The notes beneath the pieces are model-generated. The model was not told the DNA's origin, did no database searches, and worked only from the letters and a program-made list of their open reading frames with translations. A stretch of DNA of 32,851 nucleotides from Octopus bimaculoides (Eukaryota): assembly GCF_001194135.2 (NCBI RefSeq), contig NC_068988.1, forward strand, positions 77,483,548 to 77,516,398, in the 5' to 3' direction. The translations under genes and the position numbers were made by a program. Below, piece by piece: positions 23,826-32,851 of the stretch; positions within the stretch are counted from its first letter, which is position 1, and the number at the start of each line of letters is the position of its first letter.

Positions 23826-24689
23826 ACTGGGAAAGAAAATGATCATATANNNNNNNNNNNNNNNNNNNNNNNNNNNNNNNNNNNNNNNNNNNNNNNNNNN
23901 NNNNNNNNNNNNNNNNNNNNNNNNNNTATATATATATAAATCATTTAGATCCAGAGACAGAGAGAACTCCACTTCCCTGTCACACTTTCCCTGTAGACTT
24001 TGTGACCTCAGGAACAAAACACCCAACATCAAGCGGACTATTATCGACAGGGCGCCACCGTATTCATCTGGTACCTCTAACTGCCAGGTGTCCCACCACA
24101 AAAAAGCTGTACATACCCACAGTATCTATCAACAAGAAATATGAGGCATCATACTGCTGTCACCAGAGGTACACCTTTCTGGTAAATTTCAAGCGACTGG
24201 CCAGCTGTGACCTGGGTATACCTCCTTAGTGTCAGTCACTCCTAGCACCACCTGCACCAAGGTCACCTTCACAAATTAACCCCCATGAATAGCACCGAAA
24301 ATCACTGATCCCCAACACTTCTCCATGCCTGTCTACCCGCATACTTTCCCCCCTTGTACATAACCCTTGTGTAGGATCATGTAAGTATATGTGCACATAT
24401 GCATCTGTTCATTGTATTCATGTGCATGGATGTATGGGCATATATGTGCATGTGTGTGTGTATGTGTGTGCACGTGTGTGTGCATGTGTGCCTTCTTGTC
24501 TGTGTGTGTGTGTGTTGTGTGTGTGTGTGTGCATGTGTGTGCGCACTCACGGATGTGTGAATGTACATCTAAGTATACATACACACCCATATAATAATAG
24601 ATGCATAAACGCAGGTATATTGGCATATACATATGCATATATACATATATGCCCCTACATCTACCGCCTCTTCCTACTCCCCTCTAGCC

Positions 24690-24795
24690 ACATGACTGAT
24701 TTCTTGTCCATCATGTGGTTGATTTCCTGTTCATCACGTGGTTGATTTCCTGTTCACCATGTGGTTGATTTCCTGTTCACTAAGTGGTATTTTCC
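24690..24795 (+). repeat. 23-bp tandem repeat (three near-perfect copies plus two partial)
   Basis: tcatgtggttgatttcctgttca / tcacgtggttgatttcctgttca / ccatgtggttgatttcctgttca. Confidence 0.9.
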
Positions 24796-24920
24796 AACTA
24801 ATTGTTGTTACTAAAATGCTAACATCAAATCACTATATCGCATGACCTTTCTCAACCGATCACAGGCTAACATCTAGCAGTAAACATCGACTCTCTTCAA
24901 TCGAACTCACATTCAGACCC

Positions 24921-24966
24921 CAATGGCTGAAGACTAGCTACATGCTTGAAGCACAGAGTACCAAGG
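24921..24966 (+). ncRNA. Degenerate hammerhead-like motif
   Basis: caatgg CTGAAGA ct agc-tacat-gct t GAAG C acaga GTA ccaagg. GAAA is mutated to GAAG, stem I is tgg/cca, the triplet is GUA. Confidence 0.45.
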
Positions 24967-25068
24967 AGTCTGAAGCAAACTGATTTGATATATACATGTA
25001 ATTCCTAGTAAAGGTGTTGAGTGTCCTTGTTTCATTTGTCTACTCACTCTCTCTCTCTCTCTCTCACA

Positions 25069-25107
<39 letters not shown>

Positions 25108-25249
25108 CATATATNNNNNNNNNNNNNNNNNNNNNNNNNNNNNNNNNNNNNNNNNNNNNNNNNNNNNNNNNNNNNNNNNNNNNNNNNNNNNNNNNNNNNN
25201 NNNNNNNNNNNNNNNNNNNNNNNNNNNNNNNNNNNNNNNNNNNNNNNNT

Positions 25250-25575
25250 TATTTACAATTGACAGATATTTGTCCTCATCTTGTTTGTTGCTAATACAAC
25301 GTTTTGGCTGATGTACCCTCTAGCCTTCATCAGGTGTCTTGGGAAAATTTTGAACCTGGGTTCTCATTCCTAAGGTATTTTTCTATGTTATTATTATTTT
25401 TATTATTATTCAGGTCACTGCCTGGAATCGGACTCAGAATCTTGGGGTTGGTAGCCCGTGCTCTTAACCACTACGCTATATGCCCACAGGCTGGAGGGTA
25501 TATCAGCTGAAACGTTGTGTTAGAAACAAACAAGGTGAGGGCAAATATCCGTCAATTGTAAATAATGTAAATAAT
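25250..25575 (-). mobile_element. tRNA-headed element with Penelope-type hammerhead tail, plus an inverted partial copy of the tail
   Basis: tRNA-like head at 25485-25413 (A box TAGCGTAGTGG, B-box-like GAGTCCGATTCC), a (TAA) linker, and a tail containing CTGATGA-aggct...agcc-AAAAC-GTT. 25489-25564 is an inverted copy of 25250-25325. Confidence 0.75.
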
Positions 25576-25586
25576 GTACATAATTC

Positions 25587-25735
25587 TGGCATGAGGAAGG
25601 GCATCCAGCTGTAGAAACTCTGCCAAATCAGATTGGAGCCTGGTGTAGCCATCCGGTTTCACCAGTCCTCAGTCAAATCGTCCAACCCATGCTAGCATGG
25701 AAAGCGGACGTTAAAAGATGATGATGATGATGATA
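25587..25735 (+). mobile_element. RTE-type 3' tail (SINE or LINE end) with (GAT)n
   Basis: ggaagggcatccagctgtagaaactctgccaaatcagattggagcctgg...ggacgttaaaagatgatgatgatgatga, the same family tail as 2530-2650. Confidence 0.85.
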
Positions 25736-25956
25736 AACTAACTTGGAAATAGATGTGTGGCATTCAGTTAAATAATGATAATAATATATATATAGATATA
25801 TAACGTGAGAGAGTTAGGGGTTGGGGGTTCAACCCACTAAGGGATAGTATCTATCCAGTATACTGCTGGGAGGGTACCCAATTATTGCTACACTAGTGCT
25901 ATCCTAGGTGCAATCAATGGGAGCGGGTAAAAGTGGAGGTTTTACCNNNNNNNNNN

Positions 25957-25989
<33 letters not shown>

Positions 25990-26254
25990 TGTATGTATGT
26001 ATGTATGTATATATATATAATCAAGTAAAGGTAATAAACCTCATTAAGAGATCATAAATCCAATGAAAATACAGGTTAGTTACCAATCTATAGAAAGTTC
26101 AACTCCAAGGTAACCATATAAACTGTGTTTAAAGAATAAGGAGAAAATGGAGAGGTAATTAAAAAAAATATTTATCAATTATAAGAGGAATCTATTGGGA
26201 GGTAGTAAGGACTTACCAATTAAAAATACATGTTGGAGATAACAGCTATAAAGT

Positions 26255-26530
26255 CGTTATTTTTCCTTATTCTTTATGTGTGGGGGTGAGGGTGGGGGTG
26301 TATGTATATATGTACATGTGTGTATATGTATATATATATATATACATGTATATATATGTATATATATATATATATACATATATGTGTGTGTATGTACATG
26401 TGTGCATATGTATGCGCGTGTGTGTGTGTGAGTAGGTGCATGTTTGTATATATATATATGTGTGTGTGTGTACATGCACGTGCATGCACATGTTTGTACA
26501 CATGTATATGCGCACACGCACACGCATATG
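26255..26530. repeat. (TA)/(GT) compound microsatellite
   Basis: Directly visible. Confidence 0.95.
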
Positions 26531-26599
26531 CAAACCTTCACTAGACTACGATGTTTCATTTACTTTCATTTTTATTCACTTTCTTCGCTACATATAAAT

Positions 26600-27130
26600 A
26601 TGTAATGAGGTTCACTCATATGATGTTCTACCTTAGTTCCCTCCCTTCCTCCCCCTTTTTTGACTCAGCAATTAACTCTCTCCAATTTAACAGAACCACA
26701 ACATATTTATCTCCCCCTATTTAAATAACTCTCTGAGTTTAACCTTTAGCATGGCGTCAAAAACACCCTCCCTTTATATCTCTATGTAAACAAGCGTTCT
26801 TATTCCTAAAGCCCATGGAATAATATCGTTGACCCCTTTATACCTCTATGTAAACAAACCTTCTAACGGTCACTGACCATGTAACATCTCTGCTAGTAAG
26901 TTACCCCATCATTTCGGTTTTGTCTTGCAATTACATGTTTTATTATGAACTCCCTGAAGAGAAATAAATGAGGAACCCCAACAGCTCTTTCTTCTTTATG
27001 AAAGTTCTCTCATTTATTTTGAAACATGTGTAGGAATTAAAGGAACTTTTATTGACATGTGTTTTGCTCCATTTATTATTATCCATATCGTCTCAAAATA
27101 TATCACTTTAACTTGGTATCTCTACCTGTA
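26600..27130 (+). mobile_element. Penelope-like terminal repeat region
   Basis: Contains the hammerhead at 26948-27038 and an internal duplication, ctttata(t/c)ctctatgtaaacaa, near 26770 and 26835. Boundaries uncertain. Confidence 0.5.
26948..27038 (+). ncRNA. Type I hammerhead ribozyme-like motif with complete catalytic core
   Basis: Stem I aactcc/ggaatt (5 of 6 pairs). CTGAAGA at 26954-26960. Stem II gaaataaatgag/ctcatttatttt (12 bp, G-U at base) plus gaac/gttc. GAAAC at 27021-27025, loop atgt, GTA triplet at 27030-27032. Confidence 0.7.
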
Positions 27131-27267
27131 AAACGGCTGTGATATCTTGTTTTTTTAGTGTAATTTTGCTACCTCTGGTAACTATTAACGTATTTAAATT
27201 ATCGAAAGTTTTAATAACTGAGATNNNNNNNNNNNNNNNNNNNNNNNNNNNNNNNNNNNNNNNNNNN

Positions 27268-27298
<31 letters not shown>

Positions 27299-27299
27299 A

Positions 27300-27730
27300 A
27301 CCCTACACCACTTCACACACACTAACACTGGCCATTTCACAGCACTCACACCACACCTCATCATCCACACACGCACACACACACGTTACACATGCACAGA
27401 CTCACACACACCATTCTCACATACACACGCATGCACCTTCTCTTGTTGGGATGACTAGCACTTTAACATCTCCCTTTCATTGACCTTCTTTCTTTCATCA
27501 TTATCTCCCTTTCTTTCAACCTCTTTTTTTCCCAATCATTCGCCATGTTGGACTACTGAACTTTACAAGTTTTTTCATTCTCTCTCCGTTTTTTCTTTCT
27601 ATTGAAGAGCGTAGACTCGAAACATAAAATACTTTTCATTTTTCCTATGCGTCAAACTAATACACTCGCTTGTTGTTCATACACCTGCCTTCATTTTTTG
27701 TTTTTTCTATAAATTCCAACTATATATATA
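27300..27730 (+). mobile_element. Penelope-like terminal repeat, degenerate, ending in (TA)n
   Basis: tcttt CTATTGA agagcgtagactc GAAAC ATA aaata at about 27594-27631. Homologous to the reverse complement of 28238-28410. Confidence 0.65.
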
Positions 27731-28237
27731 CATATACATATATATATAAGGAGTAAATATTCAAACGAATATTTATATAGATATTTTTATTACTATTACT
27801 ATCAGTGGTAAATTTTAATAATTGATAATAACAACAAAAATATAAGTGGTAGCAAGTAATAATAGCGTTAAATAACTAGAGAATAAAATTTATAATCATA
27901 ATCAACTATAATTACAATAGAGAGCACATGAGGTGTCTACTTGCGAGAAAGAGGAGCTACATCCTCAAGTAAACCACTGCACGACAGATCAATAGAAATT
28001 GGGCAAGTGAGTAAAGATTATCAAGATCATCACAGCTCAAAGCTGTAGAATGAAGAATCAGATATACCTGGATCATGATTTTCAAGTTCTGACTATTGCC
28101 TTAACTCTCCTCAGTAACCATCACTGAATGAAAAACGAACTTGTCTCGTATGTATTATATATGTATGCACCTAAACATGTACGTATTAATGTATGTGTGC
28201 ATGTTTGTATGTATGTATGCATGTATATATATATATA

Positions 28238-28431
28238 TGGGAGAATATACGAAAAAACAACAACAGACGAGGACAGGTGGTGTAAATATCAAAAGGATGT
28301 ATTAGTATGACGCTCGGGAATACGGAAAGTCTTTGACGTTTCGAGCTACGCTCTTCAACAGAAGGAATACGGAGACAAGGAGAAAAACACGGAGAAAAAA
28401 AATTGAATAGTGTTCAGTCAACGGTCAATCA
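28238..28431 (-). mobile_element. Penelope-like terminal repeat, same family as 27570-27722, opposite orientation
   Basis: Minus strand reads ttcctt CTGTTGA a gagc-gta-gctc GAAAC GTC aaaga, ending in a (TA)n tail. Confidence 0.7.
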
Positions 28432-28530
28432 CTTGTATATGAATGTACCATTTAGTGTAATGATAGGGAGTTGAAAGTATGTAAAAGTTTGGAGAGATTG
28501 CAACATTACACTAAATGGTACATTCATATA

Positions 28531-29270
28531 CAAGGGTGCAATGAAAAGTTCATAGGCTGACTATGAAGGAGTGATGCTAGTGCTGTGAAATCTTGCATAC
28601 ACTAATTTTAACTCTTTCTAGGTAAACTGACATCTGATTGTTCAAAAAAGACATCAGATAGTGACTTCTCTTGAAAATGAACAAAATTTGCCATCATGAT
28701 ATCATCAAGTTTAGTCCCCAATAACAATCATGCTGACATGGCTGCTACATTAGGAGATGATGCTCCAGCTTTGTCAGCAGTGCAAAAAGTTGGTAGCTGA
28801 ATTTAGTTGAGGAAGGGAGAATCTTGAAAATGACCCAAGGTCTGGACATCCTATAACTGCCACTGATAAAGAAAACATTCATTGTGTTCACTACACAGTT
28901 GTAGATGACAGGTAATGGACTATTAATCAAATAGCCAATTCTATTAGTTTATTCCATGAGAGAGTTGAGAATATTCTATGCAATGAACTTGGCATGATGA
29001 AGGTTTCTGCTCAGTGGGTGCTATGTTATCTGACACTTGATCAAAAGTGCACTAGGCTGTTCACATCATAGGAAAATTTGATATAGTTTGAGGCAAATCC
29101 AATCTGGTTTCCTTGAACGTTTTCTAACTCAGGATGAGTGTTGGATTCATCACTTTGAGCCAGAAACAAAGAGACAATCCATGCAGTGGAAACGTTCCTT
29201 GTTACCTGGTCCTTAGAAGACTAAGGTCATTTCATCTGCAGTAGAAGTGATGACCTTAGATTTTTGGTGG
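28531..29270 (+). mobile_element. Mariner (probably irritans-like), left end plus N-terminal transposase pseudogene, 3'-truncated
   Basis: TA|caagggtgcaatgaaaagttc left end. Encodes DMAATLGDDAPALSAV..., ENDPRSGHP, LGMMKVSAQWV, FLTQDECWIHHFEPETKRQSMQWK. Confidence 0.85.
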
Positions 29271-29559
29271 TGTTTATGGACTCTCTACACAAGTTTGCTT
29301 CTCCAGGCAAAAATTACATGAGTGTTTTGGCTGTATCAAATGTTTAGTTAAGGGATATTTAACAATTTATACCAATCAGAGGGATCTGTGGGCTATATGG
29401 GTGGTTCCTGTGGCTATTTTGACTTATCATATATATATATAAACAATGTGGGAGGGTGGATATATGCAGTGCTTTACTTTGTACTTAATTCTGTGCAAGT
29501 CTGCATATGTGGATGGGAAAAAGAAAAGGGAAAGAAGTACAAATCAATAATATAAGAGA

Positions 29560-31480
29560 AATAGAAGAAAATGGTCATGAATTTCTTTGTTTGAATTTGG
29601 TGTATATGTGCTGTGATAGGAAAGCGTTGAGCATTTGATTTAACTTCAATGCCAGCAGGGTGCTACATTAATGATTTTGCGAGGTGTGAGGAGAGGGGAG
29701 CAGATTTTTGTTTAGATATTATCAGTTCATGATTTCTGCTTTGACACCAGTGAAGGTGGAGAATGGTGTGATGGTTAGCTGGTATTGTTTTGTGTTAGCT
29801 AGTATTGTTAAGTATTTTACATGGGCCTCTGCTGTTCTGTGAATGTTGTTGCTTAGGTGGGTGTGTCATTTGCTAGTGATGTTACTATATGTTCGTTCAT
29901 GATTTTTTTCCTGTATAGTCAGCCTATTTGTCTCGCATTGTTTTCCTTGTATGTTCAAATTATTTAATAATAAAAAAGCTCTTACAGTATTGCATACATA
30001 GTTTATGTTGAGGTACTTGATATTTATGCTCCGTTATGTAAAATTTCCTTGTAGTAAATCCTCTGTTGTATATAAGGTCTTTTTTGTTTTTTGTTTACTT
30101 CATTAGGGAGGTTTTTCTTTTGTTTGGTTTGATGATAATGATGGTCGGTGTTTGTTTCATAATGTCTTGTTCCAGTCCCAGGGACAATTTTTTAATTTTA
30201 TGCTTACAAGATACAGCCACTTTGGAATGTCTATTAATTGCATTTTCCTGGGGTCGATTTCTTCACCTAAAAATCCCAGTAAGGCAATGCTCCAGCATGG
30301 CTGCAGTCAAATGACTGAAACGAGAAAAAGGGTAAAAGAGTCGATCTTTTGCATGGTGGAACTCAACTATTTTTGTGTCATTCTGACTTCTTCAAAGATT
30401 CTGTTACACCAGAGATGTGTAGTTTTTTTTCTGATAACTGCTTGTCTGATTTTCAGAGGAAGGTGAATCGTAGTTCATCTTTATTATTTTAGGCTTTTCA
30501 TTATTTTCTTAAATAAGGATTTTATTAAAGATTAGGAGAAATTGTTCTTCTTCACATGTTTCCATTGTTTTTTTTTTTTTGGTGTGTCGTTTTTATTTGT
30601 GATTTTTTTTTCTTTCACATTTTTATTTGTATTTTTTTTCTCTCTCTACATGATAGTGTGATACTACATGTTGTTACTGTTAACGATGAAGTGATTGCTT
30701 ATCTATTTGTGATAAACATATTTCCTTTGCTATCCCCAGAGTTTTGTACGGTGGTGCTCTGGAAAATGAAATTTGTTGTTCTTTTTACTGTTGTTTTTCA
30801 ATATTTTCGTTTCCTTTGCTTTTGTTGAATCTTCGTATGCCATTCAGGAATTCAGCTCTGAGATGTTTTATTTTGACAAATATAACAACAAGGCTTTCTA
30901 CGTTGTATTATCAGTTTCATATCTTTTGTTTCAATGCCTTCTACTAGACACAGTTCTGGTATGACTCTGTAGTATTTGGTTCACATTAGGAATTGAAATC
31001 CTGGTTATCTTGTGTTAAGCCTATTCTAACCATCCTCCCATACTGCAACTCAAATGCTACTACTTGCCATGGATTTATGTCATGTCCGATGTCTGATTGG
31101 GATTTCTATGTTTCTTTGATCCGTGAACTGTGACACAAATGTCAGAGGAATGTCTGACAATTTCAGCCTGATGAGTTTTTACTTTTAAAATTCTTGTAAG
31201 TAGTGGCATAGATTTTTCTTAATTCGTTGAGATAATTTCTCCCCTAACATCCTGGGAAACTTGTATGACACATAGTGAGGGGAGATTTATTTCAGTTCCA
31301 TCTTTTTGTGAGCAGATATGTATAATGTTTCTCTTCATCCTTTCCTTTGCCAAAGAAATAAATATTGTTGGGATTCACAAAATACTTGCATCCACTCTTT
31401 TTCTCTTGTGAAATGAGGAAGGTCTAAATGTTTTGTCTGTTACTTTAGAATGAAAGAAAAGTTTGCCTTCACACAACTGC
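29560..31480 (-). mobile_element. Highly degenerate APE-type LINE (L1/Tx1-like): ORF1 remnant plus start of endonuclease
   Basis: Near 30850-30905 RKPCCYICQNK followed by a frameshift to HLRAE suggests a CCHC knuckle. Near 29900-30020 INIKYLNINY...LLNNLN...RLTIQE resembles the APE N-terminus (LNxNG...IQET). Many stops. Confidence 0.4.
30245..30340 (+). mobile_element. SINE 3' fragment inserted in the degenerate LINE
   Basis: ggggtcgatttcttcacctaaaa...gcaatgctccagcatggctgcagtcaaatgactgaaac...aaaaga. Confidence 0.65.
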
Positions 31481-31794
31481 TTTATGAACAGATTGTAATG
31501 TTTGGAATCATATAAGAGTTGCTGCTGCCATTGCTATGTTGTTGCTGTCACTGTCATCCATGTTGCTTATTTGAATATTTGAGATATTTTATATTATTAA
31601 TTGTTTACTAAAATATCCATTTTCTTCTTCCTCTTGTACATTTAGCCATGTATTTTGGTGTTGTGTGATTTTTAAAGTCATTGCAATGTTTTGTTGTGCA
31701 GCAAAATTATATTGATAACCATTCTGGATGTCAAAATGTAATGTATGCAAATATAATTTTAAAAGTTTGCAAAACTTATTCTTTTCTTTTTTAG

Positions 31795-31833
31795 TTTGGC
31801 TTTCACACCACTGATGTCTAAGGCAGACCTTAG
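31795..31833 (+). CDS. Candidate 39-nt symmetric microexon (LAFTPLMSKADL)
   Basis: Acceptor tattcttttcttttttag and donor TAG|GTAATT. The length is a multiple of 3 and only the phase-2 frame is open. Unique sequence. Confidence 0.35.
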
Positions 31834-32714
31834 GTAATTATACTTCCTTTTTACAAGTACTCCAATGAAAATTTCATTTCAGTAGATCTGGCTTCGAAGA
31901 CAGAGTCAAAAATCCGTCTTTGCATGATAAGAATTAAATGTAATAACAACAACAACAACAAAAATAATGATAATAGAAAGAGAAAAGAGACACAGTGAGT
32001 ATTGACAAGCTGTTGATATTGTTAAGTAAAAGTCATAAAAATCAGAAATTATTGTGAATATTTGATGTGAATTCTTTCTTGAAACATTCACTTGTTTTGT
32101 TCACATCTTTTAATGATCAATGGAATAATTGCACACCACAATTGACTGTAAGTTATTGAAGATTTGATTTTCACCAGCATCTATGCATGGCAAATAGCTT
32201 TGTATCTTTGAAAATATGATTATCAATGATGCACTTCGATCCTCATTCATGTTGAATTAAATTATTTTCATTCGGAATTATTGGGAGAAATTCCATAATT
32301 CATATCTTTGATTAGTCACATATATTTCCACAAGATCAAGCCAAGGGGATTTCTGCTTTGGTTTTTGTTCTTATTGTTGTTATTTAAAACTTTTGAATCT
32401 GTTTCTAAACACTGTCTTAAGTTGTCTGCAGAATCATTGAAGTCTCACAGGATTTCAAAGAGAGGTGTTGCAGAAATACAGACATAAAAGTACATGTGTG
32501 TGTATGTGCATGTGATTTTGTAACTAAAAGAGAAAGAGAGCACTCAGTACATCTTATAGAGTATATATAGTTTAAATATAGTACATGTTATAGAGTATAT
32601 ATAGTTTAAACAAACTGAATTTTAACTGGATTCATATCAAGTGATTTAACTTATATATCACATTGGCCATCAGTTCTCACCTTATGAATACAGAGAGTAC
32701 TCAACGACCCAACA

Positions 32715-32768
32715 AGTGTTGTGTGTGTGTGTGTAATATGTATATATACATATATAAATTTTTGTGTG

Positions 32769-32799
<31 letters not shown>

Positions 32800-32851
32800 T
32801 GTGTGTGTGTGTGTGTGTGTGTGTATATACATATATATATACATACATACA
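32715..32851. repeat. (GT)/(TA) microsatellite
   Basis: Directly visible. Confidence 0.95.

Larger units (their letters stand above)
23930..24995 (+). mobile_element. Penelope-like element 3' part: GIY-YIG endonuclease C-terminus plus terminal repeat, interrupted by a GT array (24380-24660)
   Basis: SFRSRDRENSTSLS...NIKRTIIDRAPPYSSGTSNCQV, then after a frameshift C..TKKLYI...INKKYEASYCCHQRYTFLVNFKR, matching the Penelope EN C-terminal pattern (C-x2-C...NK..E....C.H...FL). A hammerhead-like motif lies at the 3' end. Confidence 0.75.

Noticed and set aside
24690-24795. 23-bp repeats as a CRISPR-like array
   Set aside because: The units are contiguous with no unique spacers, the context is eukaryotic, and there are no cas genes.
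25650-25680. Minus-strand CTGAGGA ctggt GAAAC in the RTE-type tail
   Set aside because: Only 5 nt lie between the core halves with no pairing, and there is no NUH or stem I.
25801-25946. GC-richer island as a possible retroelement 5' UTR with an HDV-like ribozyme
   Set aside because: A nested double pseudoknot (P1, P1.1, P2, P3) could not be built by eye, and the segment is truncated by a gap.
26536-26600. Minus-strand GAAAC atcgta GTC resembling a hammerhead 3' half
   Set aside because: The upstream half reads CGAAGA with no stem II or stem I pairing.
28061-28120. Minus-strand CTGAGGA gagtt...aactt GAAAA tcatgatc, with a 5-bp stem II and the palindrome ATCATGAT, as a sixth hammerhead
   Set aside because: There is an extra A after GAAA and no stem I complementarity (tggtta versus cagg). 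It may be a decayed relative but cannot be supported.
32410-32490. Possible exon after ttgtctgcag
   Set aside because: Weak polypyrimidine tract, no good donor, and an unrecognised peptide.

Overview
AT-rich eukaryotic draft-assembly DNA with about 3 kb of N gaps. Roughly two thirds is microsatellite or decayed transposon. The repeat families (tRNA-headed SINEs, RTE tails ending in (GAT)n, very dense GT/TA/ATAC arrays) look like an Octopus or other coleoid genome; this is inferred from recognition, not from a search. No intact host gene is identifiable, only three short unannotated exon candidates. Elements supported by sequence: R4/Dong-type RLE retrotransposon pieces (1-1.1 kb and a nested stack at 15.8-17.7 kb), four RTE LINE copies, a CR1-type RT, a degenerate APE-type LINE, a CsRn1-like Gypsy with an internal deletion inserted in a SINE tail, three mariners (one complete with TIRs and TA duplication, inserted in a SINE), and a cluster of Penelope-like fragments at 21-28.4 kb. 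Most notable: (i) hammerhead-ribozyme-like motifs from five different Penelope-type families, two with complete catalytic cores; (ii) a tRNA-headed element carrying a Penelope/hammerhead tail plus an inverted partial copy; (iii) a Dong stack whose three bodies and three tails fit self-insertion into the (ATAC)n tract of its own 3' UTR. Most ORF-track entries are microsatellite or N-gap artefacts. All structures were read by eye and none is experimentally shown.
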